From: Candidatus Levyibacteriota bacterium
Lineage (GTDB): Bacteria; Patescibacteriota; Microgenomatia; Levybacterales; UBA12049
Reading direction: 5' to 3'
Length of the DNA: 64,000 bases
NCBI GenBank assembly: GCA_043823085.1
Contig: JBDRBE010000004.1
Span: 269,992-333,991 of the forward strand
Under the pieces are notes generated by a model. The model saw only the letters and a list, made by a program, of their open reading frames with translations. It was not told the origin of the DNA and did no database searches. Both the position numbers and the translations under genes were made by a program. This document shows positions 26,142 to 35,592 of this stretch, piece by piece (position 1 is the stretch's first letter; every line of letters starts with the position of its first letter).

Positions 26142-26846
26142 AGAATTTGCGAAAGGCAAAGACTCCTCAAGCATCCACGAAGAAACATCCTTAAAAGTCG
26201 CTTCTTGACCCTTGCTTAAAGGCTTGATCAAAGCTGTATAATCCACAGATATTGGAGGAATTGCGCGATAATAAAAGACTATTGTCATTTTTGACCTGTT
26301 TTCTGCCGAATCGACACCGTTGACTTCAGAAATAGGAATTATTTTTGCAAGCGAGTTTAAAAATCTTCTTACACCTTCAATTCCCCCATCTTTTAGCTCC
26401 AACGATAAGCTTAAAGAAGGAAAAGAACCAATATTCCCCGATGATTTTTCAGTCTCTTGAGAAAGGCTACCGACTTGAAAAACATAATCTCCAACTGAAA
26501 CACCTGATTTAACCGAAGCACTCCTAATCGCGTTCAAAACTCCAATAAAGTCTTTCTCTCCCGGAAGAGCGCCTGAAACAATCTGCAACTGAGAATCTAA
26601 ATCTATATCATCTAAAGAAGCCACAAATTCCAAATTTTTTTGTAAAGTGATAATCTTTTCTTTTGTTAAATCTTCCTGGGCTCTAATAACAAAAATCTCT
26701 TGTATTTGAGGCATAACAAAAAAAACAAAAAGCATAACCGAAGCAGTGATAATCAAAACAGAAATAAGATAAGGCTTGCATCGTATATATAATATTTTTA
26801 AGACGCTTTGATCTATTTTTAATCTCTTTGTATCAACAGTTTGCAT
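26127..26846 (-). CDS. PilO-like type IV pilus assembly protein
   Basis: TM plus coiled coil; order pilM-N-O. Confidence 0.65.
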   Translation of the reverse strand: MQTVDTKRLKIDQSVLKILYIRCKPYLISVLIITASVMLFVFFVMPQIQEIFVIRAQEDLTKEKIITLQKNLEFVASLDDIDLDSQLQIVSGALPGEKDFIGVLNAIRSASVKSGVSVGDYVFQVGSLSQETEKSSGNIGSFPSLSLSLELKDGGIEGVRRFLNSLAKIIPISEVNGVDSAENRSKMTIVFYYRAIPPISVDYTALIKPLSKGQEATFKDVSSWMLEESLPFANSSGSL

Positions 26847-27379
26847 TACGGTAAATCAGCTTTAATTGAAAACACGTATTGGTTAGCTTCCGTATCTATA
26901 GAAAGATTTTCAAGCGTAATTTTATTAAACATTTTTTTATCCGCCGCAAAAACCACTAAACTATCCATAAAATTATTTATTGCCGTAAGAGACATAGAAG
27001 AAGCTTTTATTGAAACATTTTTTTTGTTAACAGTCAGCGAGGTCATCGAAAGATCGACGGGCTTCTGTTGGACAATGGCATTTATAGTTCCATTAAAATT
27101 TGCTCGCTTAGATAAGAGACTTTCTATATTTTGCAATCTATCATTTACAATAAATAATTTTGCAATCTTTTGCTTTGAAGAATCAATATTGGCAGAAAGA
27201 GTTTTTTCTTGGTTTTGAAGGGACAAAAGAGGAGAACTAAGTTTTATAAAAAATACAAAAATAGAAGAAGTACAAACAAAAATGAGACAAAAAAACGCAC
27301 TTATTCGCAACAATATAACTCTCTTTTTTAATTTTGTAATTCTTTCTTTCTGCTTTGAAACTAAATTTATTTCACTCAT
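26846..27379 (-). CDS. PilN-like protein
   Basis: N-terminal EINL motif followed by TM. Confidence 0.75.
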   Translation of the reverse strand: MSEINLVSKQKERITKLKKRVILLRISAFFCLIFVCTSSIFVFFIKLSSPLLSLQNQEKTLSANIDSSKQKIAKLFIVNDRLQNIESLLSKRANFNGTINAIVQQKPVDLSMTSLTVNKKNVSIKASSMSLTAINNFMDSLVVFAADKKMFNKITLENLSIDTEANQYVFSIKADLP

Positions 27380-28403
27380 AGTCTCTCATTGCAAGCCCAA
27401 CGGCTACCGTAAAGTTTGGCGCGTTATCAATCATCTCTTTTGGAACTTCCGAGTTTAATATCTTCCATGGATTTGAAATTACCGTTTCTAAACCGCAATT
27501 TTGAGCAAAAAACGTATCAATCCCGGGAAGTTTTGCTGTTCCTCCCGAAAGTAAAATTTGCTTAAGAGGGCCTTCTTCTTTGTATTTTTCGCTATAATAC
27601 ACCATGGATTTTTTAACTTCTGTGACTATTGACGCGACAATTGGCAATGTCGCTTTACCAATTTTTCCTCCAAAAACCGTTTCTGATATTCCATAAGTTT
27701 TTTTATACTCTTCCGCTTGATCAAAACTAAATCCTAAATCCGTCATAATCGCACGGCTAATAACCGCACCGCCTGTTGCCACTGAATAAGTAAAAACTAA
27801 AACTCCGTCTTTTATAATTGCCAGAAGCGTATTTACAGCACCGATATGAACAATAATCGTATTTGGAAAATTCTCTCCTCGAACACAAGACCTTATCACG
27901 GCCAATATTTCCGTTTCCAAAGAATTAATAGAAAATCCCGCCACCTGAACAATTTTTTGATATTTTTCTATTAACGCTGTGGGAGCCCCAACCAAAAGAA
28001 CATTCATTTTAGCGCTAGCTGCCAAAGAATCTGTTTTTTTCAGTATTTTCCAATCCAAAGTAACATTTGGAAGCGGCAAAGGTATATATTGTTCCGCCTC
28101 CCAGTAAATCGCCGATGAAAGTTCTTTATCCGACAAAAGAGGCATTTCCAAAACTTTTGTATAAACCTGGCTTTCTGGAAGTGCGATATTGACGTTCGTT
28201 GAATTAATTTTTGCGTTATTACAAACCGCCCTTATTGATCTGGCCATTTCTTCCTGATCGAAAGGAGACTCTGAAAGCATTCCTTTTTGCGGAGTCGGCA
28301 GAGTTGATGTTGCACGTAAAACAAAACTGTTATTTTGCTCGGAAAGCCAAACAGCTTTCATTATCATATCTCCAATATCAAGTCCAAAAGGTTTGTCTTT
28401 CAT
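27372..28403 (-). CDS. pilM: Type IV pilus assembly protein PilM
   Basis: FGLDIG, EAEQYIP, ILLSGG.AKLPG, AVGLAMR actin-like motifs. Confidence 0.93.
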   Translation of the reverse strand: MKDKPFGLDIGDMIMKAVWLSEQNNSFVLRATSTLPTPQKGMLSESPFDQEEMARSIRAVCNNAKINSTNVNIALPESQVYTKVLEMPLLSDKELSSAIYWEAEQYIPLPLPNVTLDWKILKKTDSLAASAKMNVLLVGAPTALIEKYQKIVQVAGFSINSLETEILAVIRSCVRGENFPNTIIVHIGAVNTLLAIIKDGVLVFTYSVATGGAVISRAIMTDLGFSFDQAEEYKKTYGISETVFGGKIGKATLPIVASIVTEVKKSMVYYSEKYKEEGPLKQILLSGGTAKLPGIDTFFAQNCGLETVISNPWKILNSEVPKEMIDNAPNFTVAVGLAMRDYE

Positions 28404-29251
28404 TATGTTGGCGAAAATAAAACGTATTGAAAAAATTCAGACGGAAGCTTGGGATATCCTTGATAAAAAGATACCCTTCTGTTAGTCGTACCGGAAGTTC
28501 CAGTAGAATCTATTACAGTTCCTTGAGACGGAAGCGCAATATTTCCCGATACGCCTATGAAACTCGATTTGTAAAGAGGCACAACTCTGACAACCAAGCC
28601 CGACGAGATACTATTTACCTCTGCCTTATAAGCAAAAGTTTTACCAAGCAGATTTTCGCCCAGCTTATTAATATTAGTTGAAAAGTTGTTCTGTGTTGCA
28701 CGCGAGCCGCATGGATCAAATACAGAACGGAACGAGGAAGAGCTGGAAACACTATTCCCAAAAATTAAAATTACTTCAAGCGCAGCGTTGTCACAATCAC
28801 CTAGGGCATTACTTCCCCAATAAAAGGTTAGTGATGATCCGGTCCATGTCGTTGAATAATCAGGAGTATTATCCGCCTTATGAGGAACCAGCCAAACATC
28901 CGCTCCGTCATTTGCATTTACGAGATTACCGCCATTGATTAAAAAATCCGTCCCCGAAAGGGATGTAACCGTAGTCGAAAAAGATGCTTTGTTCTCGCCT
29001 GTAAAATTACCGGCAACAGAGGTATTCTCTTTAAGCGCCTTTTCTATTCCTGCTTCAGCGGCCGAAAAAGCTTTCTGTGAATTTTCTTCTTCTGTTGAAG
29101 TTCGAAGATTGGTTACAGATCTTGAAATAAGCGCCAACCCAACTGTCATTGAAACAACCATAACTAAAACAACAATTAAAAATGCCTGCCCGCTATTGCT
29201 TCGCATCAAGCGATGCGGGCGGACCTGTCCTCTTTGCCTTGCATTATCCAT
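28403..29251 (-). CDS. PilX-like minor pilin
   Basis: GQA-hydrophobic helix, AFSAAEAGIE motif; contains 39-bp element at 29185-29223. Confidence 0.8.
   Translation of the reverse strand: MDNARQRGQVRPHRLMRSNSGQAFLIVVLVMVVSMTVGLALISRSVTNLRTSTEEENSQKAFSAAEAGIEKALKENTSVAGNFTGENKASFSTTVTSLSGTDFLINGGNLVNANDGADVWLVPHKADNTPDYSTTWTGSSLTFYWGSNALGDCDNAALEVILIFGNSVSSSSSFRSVFDPCGSRATQNNFSTNINKLGENLLGKTFAYKAEVNSISSGLVVRVVPLYKSSFIGVSGNIALPSQGTVIDSTGTSGTTNRRVSFYQGYPKLPSEFFQYVLFSPT
29185..29223 (+). repeat. 39-bp family-A element in frame at the prepilin cleavage site
   Basis: CCTGCCCGCT...GCGGGCGGA; removal gives MDNARQRGQAFLIV. Confidence 0.85.
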
Positions 29252-29303
29252 GTACTCTTAGAATAACAATTATTTTACGCCTATGTCAACCAAGCCAAAA
29301 GAG

Positions 29304-29900
29304 CTATCTTGCTAAATTTCTCAATACAACCGATGTTTGAAATGGTATTAAGGCCGAATTCTCCTGTAACGACACTCCGCTATCTGCAGCATAATTTTTT
29401 AAAGTAAATTTAATCCCTACCGATGGAGAATCTATATTGCTATTCTGACTGCATGTAAACGAGGTAGATACAGATGAACACGACTCTAACGTCACGCTAC
29501 TGGTGTCAAAAAGCGAGATGCGCTCTGTCAAACTACATACGCCATCTGTGTAATCGCCGTTAATTGATATTAAAGTATTTGAATCACCAGTCGTGCTTGT
29601 ACAACAGGCGTAAGTAAGATAGTTGCCCTCTGCAGTTAAAATAGTAATATGGTTTTGTGAGGAAGTCACTATGCAAGAAATTGGGTCCACTATATTTTTT
29701 GCATTTCTTATAGTTTTTGACATTTGAGAAATAGCACCGTTGCCATTCTGTCTAACAACAGTTAAAGCATTGGTCTTATTTGTTCCGCGAAGCGTCGAAA
29801 AAAGAATGGAAACGACAAAACCCCCTATTGCAATAACAACAATAACAACTACTAGTAATTCTATTAATGTGAAGCCTTTGGAAGTTGAAAGTTTTTTCAT
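29304..29900 (-). CDS. Minor pilin (PilW-like)
   Basis: KGFTLIELL prepilin motif. Confidence 0.85.
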   Translation of the reverse strand: MKKLSTSKGFTLIELLVVVIVVIAIGGFVVSILFSTLRGTNKTNALTVVRQNGNGAISQMSKTIRNAKNIVDPISCIVTSSQNHITILTAEGNYLTYACCTSTTGDSNTLISINGDYTDGVCSLTERISLFDTSSVTLESCSSVSTSFTCSQNSNIDSPSVGIKFTLKNYAADSGVSLQENSALIPFQTSVVLRNLAR

Positions 29901-30367
29901 GGGTTTGCCACGGTATTGAAATTAGAAAAACAAGACGAAATTTTAACGCTATTGCAAAAACCGGGTCTTTGGACACATTTGGCGTCAGACCAGCTGACAG
30001 TAACCGTTGCTTTGGTTTGATTATTTACACATGGAGAAGGACCATCAGGAGACACACCTCTGTCCAAATCAACTTCGCGAATATAAATACCAATATTTTG
30101 TTGGCAACTTGAGGCTACCCGCATATCTTCACCTAAACAATAATGTTTAGATAAGATAAGTGTCGCCCAATCAGAACTCTTATTAATTCCTCTTAATAAT
30201 TCCATTCCTTCCTGCGCGTACTGCGCGGCAAGGCTTTGATTTTTACTATACTGCGCGTTATTAAGAGAAGCAATTACAGCAGCTGTTATGGCAGATATTA
30301 CAGCAACTGCCGCCGCCATTGCCACTAAAGCTTCTATTAATGTCTGACCATTTTGGAAATTTCTCAT
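29897..30367 (-). CDS. Minor pilin (PilV-like)
   Basis: GQTLIEAL prepilin motif, AQEGME, VTVSW. Confidence 0.85.
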   Translation of the reverse strand: MRNFQNGQTLIEALVAMAAAVAVISAITAAVIASLNNAQYSKNQSLAAQYAQEGMELLRGINKSSDWATLILSKHYCLGEDMRVASSCQQNIGIYIREVDLDRGVSPDGPSPCVNNQTKATVTVSWSDAKCVQRPGFCNSVKISSCFSNFNTVANP

Positions 30368-30371
30368 TAAA

Positions 30372-30947
30372 TTATTGTACTATGTTAATGTTACCGGCAC
30401 TATCAACCTCTATGGTTTTTTCAATGTCGCCAAAACCCTGCAATGTAATATTGCCCCCGTTTTTTACTCCGCCGACGACACTTTTGAAAAGAAAAAAAGT
30501 TGAGGAGTTTTCCTTAAATTCAACTTCCGAAGGAACTTTTTTATTCTCAATAGGATTATTTGTATTTGCAATGCTATCGTTACCACCACAAACAATATCA
30601 AACTCATAATTTGCATTTGTCTTGTTTTCATCATTCCGATCTTGACATAGTGATCCTCCAAGACCACAAATAAGCACTGCAAAACCTTTGAACGAATCGT
30701 TACCGCACATATTATTTTCTCCTTTTTGAATTGCCTGCGACATGGCCATTGACTTTGCCTTATTCAGCATCGTAATAACATCATAGGCCGCGGTATTCAT
30801 TGTTTGCATCCGGCTATAATTAACGTAAGAAGCAAGACCAAAGGTCGCAAGCATAGCCATAATAGAAAAGGCGACAAGAAATTCAATAAGCGTAAAACCT
30901 TTTCTACTAAATGCCAAAAACTGAAAATTGGAGATTAATTTTTTCAT
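30372..30947 (-). CDS. Minor pilin (FimT/FimU-like)
   Basis: KGFTLIEFL; C-terminal IEVDSAGNI. Confidence 0.8.
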   Translation of the reverse strand: MKKLISNFQFLAFSRKGFTLIEFLVAFSIMAMLATFGLASYVNYSRMQTMNTAAYDVITMLNKAKSMAMSQAIQKGENNMCGNDSFKGFAVLICGLGGSLCQDRNDENKTNANYEFDIVCGGNDSIANTNNPIENKKVPSEVEFKENSSTFFLFKSVVGGVKNGGNITLQGFGDIEKTIEVDSAGNINIVQ

Positions 30948-31423
30948 GGGTTTTGTTTAACATAATATAAATTACTAGAACAAATACCGCTTCCTCCAGG
31001 TGAGGTAACCACCCCCTGAGAATCGCTTTTATTCTCGAGACATGCCGCCAGGGTATAATTCAGGTTATTATTTAAACTTAAATAGTAATAATTACCGCCA
31101 TTATAACAATCCGTACAAGCCGACGGATCTTTTGGAATATTTTGCATATAAGTTGCACCTTCATTTAATACTGTTGTATTTAACGTATAATCAGTCGCTG
31201 GAGGATAATTTCCGTAATCCGCCCGGTACATTTCAAGAGCCGACTGAATTTGTCCGATATCGGACTTCCTTTGCGCATCCCGCGTTCTTTGCCTAATCGA
31301 AATATAGTTGATTATAGAAAAAGAAAGCAAAATGCCGATAATTGCAATAACAACCAAAAGCTCAATTAAAGTAAAGCCTCTTCGTGAATTTTGCATTTTG
31401 AATTTCAACTTTGAATTTTGCAT
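30944..31423 (-). CDS. GspG/PilA-like pilin
   Basis: RGFTLIELLVVIAIIG, RDAQRKSD..IQSALEMY, PKDP. Confidence 0.9.
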   Translation of the reverse strand: MQNSKLKFKMQNSRRGFTLIELLVVIAIIGILLSFSIINYISIRQRTRDAQRKSDIGQIQSALEMYRADYGNYPPATDYTLNTTVLNEGATYMQNIPKDPSACTDCYNGGNYYYLSLNNNLNYTLAACLENKSDSQGVVTSPGGSGICSSNLYYVKQNP

Positions 31424-31440
31424 TTTGAATTTTGAACTGT

Positions 31441-31935
31441 TTAAGGATTTACGTTTGCACTTGACAAGCCGTAATTACAAACGCCGCCGCAACTGGCATT
31501 GCTTGGAACATTCCGGCATTTATAATCTTTTACACCGTTCTTATAAAAACAGAGCTCTTTATCCGTACTATTATCTAGGCTAGCATAAATATAATAACTC
31601 TGTCCAGCTTCTAAATCAGAATAGTAAATATAATTTTTTGCTTCACTAGGATCTTTTGGTAAAACAGTCAAATATGGAATCCACTGCTGTCCCCAATCGG
31701 CAACAGAATCATCCAGTCTAACAATTCTAAAAAGTGGATTTTTTTGCGATGATTTGGGATATCGGCCGTGATTTTGATAATAATTTTCAAGAGCTGTTTG
31801 CAGTGTCTTAAGATCCGACTTTCTTCTTAAGTCGTTTGTTTTTTTAAAATCCTCGAGATACTTTGTGTTTTGTAAAATATATGCTCCTATAATTGCCAGA
31901 ACGATAATTATAAACAGTGTTTGAATTTTCTTCAT
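31441..31935 (-). CDS. GspG-like pilin domain protein without canonical prepilin site
   Basis: DLRRKSDL..LQTALENY, YL..LPKDP; N-terminus lacks G|FxxxE. Confidence 0.75.
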   Translation of the reverse strand: MKKIQTLFIIIVLAIIGAYILQNTKYLEDFKKTNDLRRKSDLKTLQTALENYYQNHGRYPKSSQKNPLFRIVRLDDSVADWGQQWIPYLTVLPKDPSEAKNYIYYSDLEAGQSYYIYASLDNSTDKELCFYKNGVKDYKCRNVPSNASCGGVCNYGLSSANVNP

Positions 31936-32723
31936 AACAATCTCAAAAATGGTATCAACTCAATTATTTCATGACTATAAAAAAACGCAAGTAATGTTCC
32001 TAAAACTAGAAACGGGCCAAAAGGGATTGTGTCCTTGGAAAACTTTTTCCTGCCAGCTATGACAAGCGCTAGCGCCACGAAAGCGCCGATAATAAAAGCC
32101 ATATAAAGCGCGATAATAATTTTTGGAAATCCCAAAAAAAGACCGGCCAAAAAAACATATTCAACATCGCCAAAGCCCATTCCTTTTCCTTTGGTAATCA
32201 AAAAGATAAGAAGGAAAAAGAAAAAAGCGCCAAAACCTGCCAAAAGATGAATCAGGAATAAGGAATTAAGAATTAGGGATACGTAGGCAAATGTCGCAAC
32301 AACGGCGACAAGAAGAATTCGGTCGGGGATAATCCCATATTTTAAATCGATAAAAAAAATAACGATGAGAGAGGAAACTATAAAAAGATAATAAATTAAT
32401 TCAGCAAAATATTTGATATTTGATATTTGATATTTGATATTTTCATTGGGGAAAAAAAGAAAAACTAGAACAAAAGTGATTCCAGTCGTTAACTCAACAA
32501 CCGGATAATAAAATGAAATAGGGGAGTGACAATAGCGGCAACGGCCTTTAAGAATAATAAAAGAAACAAACGGAATTAAATCATACCAAGCCAATTTTTT
32601 TTTACAGGCTTCGCAATGCGACCGGCCTTTAAATACTGACTCACCGCGGGGAAGTCTATCGATTACAACATTAAGAAAACTTCCAATACCAAGACCTAAA
32701 AAAAAGAGCAAAAATATAACCAC
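31932..32723 (-). CDS. pilD: Prepilin peptidase
   Basis: GSFLNVVIDRLP, RSHC..C, GRCRYC, GMGFGD, IPFGPFL. Confidence 0.95.
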   Translation of the reverse strand: MVIFLLFFLGLGIGSFLNVVIDRLPRGESVFKGRSHCEACKKKLAWYDLIPFVSFIILKGRCRYCHSPISFYYPVVELTTGITFVLVFLFFPNENIKYQISNIKYFAELIYYLFIVSSLIVIFFIDLKYGIIPDRILLVAVVATFAYVSLILNSLFLIHLLAGFGAFFFFLLIFLITKGKGMGFGDVEYVFLAGLFLGFPKIIIALYMAFIIGAFVALALVIAGRKKFSKDTIPFGPFLVLGTLLAFFYSHEIIELIPFLRLL

Positions 32724-32775
32724 CTATATAGATTACCACAAATTCTTGTTTTTCTGTAGAATATTTTTGCGGCTG

Positions 32776-33213
32776 TTATTGACACGCACCTGATGCTGTC
32801 TCGCTGGCTGTTCCTTTTGCAGAACTCCAACACCAAACACTTCCAGCTGTTACAGGCGCTTTAAGCGTAGCATAAATTGCTATGTCATTGCATTTATTGC
32901 TTATCGAGCAAGTTGCCGGAACAAAAATATAACTCCCACCGCCTGGCGGTGTTGGTACATTTTTAAGATCTCCGCTAGTTACCAAATCACCTATAGTCGA
33001 TGTAAAAGTATTATTGGTCGTATAATAAGCCAATTCTGCCTGTCCGATTTGTTGGATATCGCTCTTTATTTTTGTGTCTGTCGCTTGATTTATCCTTTTG
33101 ATTGGATTAATTAACGTCATTAAACCAGCCGCTAATATTCCAAGTATGGCAATCACTATAATTAGTTCGATGAGGGTGAAGCCTTTTTGAGAAGTTTTAA
33201 ACAATTTTTTCAT
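32776..33213 (-). CDS. Type IV pilin, candidate major pilin
   Basis: KGFTLIELIIVIAILG; own intergenic space upstream. Confidence 0.88.
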   Translation of the reverse strand: MKKLFKTSQKGFTLIELIIVIAILGILAAGLMTLINPIKRINQATDTKIKSDIQQIGQAELAYYTTNNTFTSTIGDLVTSGDLKNVPTPPGGGSYIFVPATCSISNKCNDIAIYATLKAPVTAGSVWCWSSAKGTASETASGACQ

Positions 33214-33267
33214 TTTCTAATTTAGTGTAATCATAATTAATGCTCTTTGTCAATAGGGATAAAATTA

Positions 33268-34473
33268 TTATTGTATTGCAGACATGAGGCTATAAATTGG
33301 TGTAATAATAGAAATGATTAAAAAAGCCACGCCTACTCCCAAAATTATCATAATCATTGGTTCCAGGGCAGTCATCAGAGTTTTAACAGTCTGATCAACC
33401 TCCTGCTCAAAATATTCTGACACCTTGAGGAAAGACTCATCAAGTTTTCCCGTCTGTTCGCCAATTTTTGCCATTTGAACAAGAATCGGAGGAAAAAGAT
33501 TTGAATACATCATTGAGTCTCCAACAGTCATTCCTTTTTCAACTCGTTTTGATAAATCAGTGACAGCATTTTTGTAAAGAATATTACCTGTTATCTCGGC
33601 TACTTGATTTAAGGCTTCAACCACTAAAATCCCAGCTCCGACAAGAAGCGAAAACGTTCTCGAAAATTCAGTTAGAATAATTTCTTTAGAAAGCTTTCCA
33701 AAAATCGGAATTTTTAATTTAAAAGAATCGATAATAAGTTTTCCCGATTCGGTTTTGTTCCACCGCCTGTAAACAAAAGTTAAAATTATTGCCAAACCTA
33801 TTATTAAAGGCCAAAATGTAACAAGAAAATTAGACATGCCGATAACAATCCGCGTTGGGAGAGGCATTTGAATATTCATGCTCTCATAAAGCGTAGAAAG
33901 CTGGGGAATAACAAAAATCATCATAATAAAAACAACCGCAACCATGCCAATAATTACTATCGCAGGATACAAAAGAGCAGATTTAATTGAATCTTTAAGT
34001 TTTTTTTCTTTTTCAAGATTGTCGGCTAAACGCAAAAGCACTTTTTCCAAAAGTCCTGAACTTTCGGCAGCTTTTATAAGAGAAATATAAATCGGAGGAA
34101 AAATTTCAGTATGCAACAAAAGAGCAAGGGAAAGAGATTTTCCCCCTTCAATATCGGTAAGAATTGTCGACACAACCTCTTGTGTCATATCACCTTTAAC
34201 TTGTTCTTTTAAAACATTCAGGGATTGCGTTAAAGTTAAACCGGAGGCAAGCATTAACGAAAGCTGCCTTGTAAAAAGCATTAAATTAAAACCTCCAAAT
34301 TTCTTAAAGAATGAAGAAAAAGGTAAGGCTAATTTTGCCTGGTAAGGCGAAATTCTAATCGGCAGAAAATTATTATTGCGAAGATAAGTTGCGGCTTCGT
34401 TTATATCTCTTGCGTCAATAAATCCATGCACTATTTTTCCATCGCGAGAAACCGCTTTATACGAAAGTTTCAT
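33268..34473 (-). CDS. pilC: Type IV pilus platform protein PilC/GspF
   Basis: FTRQLS, ALLYP, GEQTGKLD, LEP motifs. Confidence 0.95.
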   Translation of the reverse strand: MKLSYKAVSRDGKIVHGFIDARDINEAATYLRNNNFLPIRISPYQAKLALPFSSFFKKFGGFNLMLFTRQLSLMLASGLTLTQSLNVLKEQVKGDMTQEVVSTILTDIEGGKSLSLALLLHTEIFPPIYISLIKAAESSGLLEKVLLRLADNLEKEKKLKDSIKSALLYPAIVIIGMVAVVFIMMIFVIPQLSTLYESMNIQMPLPTRIVIGMSNFLVTFWPLIIGLAIILTFVYRRWNKTESGKLIIDSFKLKIPIFGKLSKEIILTEFSRTFSLLVGAGILVVEALNQVAEITGNILYKNAVTDLSKRVEKGMTVGDSMMYSNLFPPILVQMAKIGEQTGKLDESFLKVSEYFEQEVDQTVKTLMTALEPMIMIILGVGVAFLIISIITPIYSLMSAIQ

Positions 34474-34523
34474 CTTTTATTTTTTAATCTTTTCACTATT
34501 CACCATACGCTATGCGCTATTTA

Positions 34524-35591
34524 CTATCCAATCAGCCTTATCAATTCTTCAGGATGAACAGAGTAACCCGTTGCAATTTCCAAACTTACCATTCCTGAGA
34601 GAACAAGACTTGCCAGAGAGGCTTCCAAACTAATCATTCCAACATCTTGCGAGGTCTGAATAATCGAATCCAAAAGATGCGACTTTCCATCTCTTATATT
34701 TGTTGCAACGGCCGGCGTGCCAATTAAAACTTCTGCGGCCGGAATTCTTCCTCCGGCAATTTGCGGAAGGAGTCTTTGCGAAACAATACCTTTTAGAGTT
34801 GCTGACAGCTGAATTCTTATCTGAGGCTGCTGATGAGAAGGAAACGAATCTACAATTCTATCCACGCTTTGCGAGGCTGAATTAGTATGCAATGTCGAAA
34901 AAACCAAATGTCCGGTTTCGGCGACGGTAATTGCCGCGGCAATGGTTTCGGGATCACGCATTTCACCAACTAAAACAACATCCGGATCTTCTCTTAAAGC
35001 CGAACGAAGAGACATTGCCCAAGAATGTGTATCCGATCCCAACTCTCTTTGAGAAATAATGCTTTTGCTGTTTGGATAAACATATTCAATTGGATCCTCA
35101 ATTGTTAAAATATGGCAAGCTCTATTGATATTTATTTCATTTATAATTGCCGCTAAAGTTGTCGATTTTCCATGACCGGTCGGACCGCAAAGCAAAACAA
35201 AGCCTTGTTTCAAGGTAGTAAACGAATGAAGGATTTTGGGAAGATGAAGTTCCTCAATCGTTTTTATATTTGGCGGCAAAAATCTAAAAGCCGCGGACAA
35301 ATATCCTCTTTGATAGTAAAGATTTGAACGAAACCGTCCCGCGTCGCCATAAATACCTCCGCCAAATCCAAGCGAAAAATCCAATTCTTTATTGGTGACT
35401 AAAAGCTCTTTTTGTTCCGGCGTTAAAAGAGAAAAAATCATTTCCTCAACGTCTTCGCGTGTCAAGACGTTATAACCGGATAAACTAGAAAGTGCTCCAT
35501 CAACGCGAATAGAAGGCGGAATGCCCGGTAAAAGATGCAAATCAGAAGCTCTATTCTTAATAGTCAAACTTAATAATTCCTGAATATTCAT
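34524..35591 (-). CDS. pilT: Retraction ATPase PilT
   Basis: ASDLHL, GPTGHGKSTT, LREDPDVVLVGEMRD, AETGHLVFSTLHT. Confidence 0.96.
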   Translation of the reverse strand: MNIQELLSLTIKNRASDLHLLPGIPPSIRVDGALSSLSGYNVLTREDVEEMIFSLLTPEQKELLVTNKELDFSLGFGGGIYGDAGRFRSNLYYQRGYLSAAFRFLPPNIKTIEELHLPKILHSFTTLKQGFVLLCGPTGHGKSTTLAAIINEININRACHILTIEDPIEYVYPNSKSIISQRELGSDTHSWAMSLRSALREDPDVVLVGEMRDPETIAAAITVAETGHLVFSTLHTNSASQSVDRIVDSFPSHQQPQIRIQLSATLKGIVSQRLLPQIAGGRIPAAEVLIGTPAVATNIRDGKSHLLDSIIQTSQDVGMISLEASLASLVLSGMVSLEIATGYSVHPEELIRLIG

Positions 35592-35592
35592 A

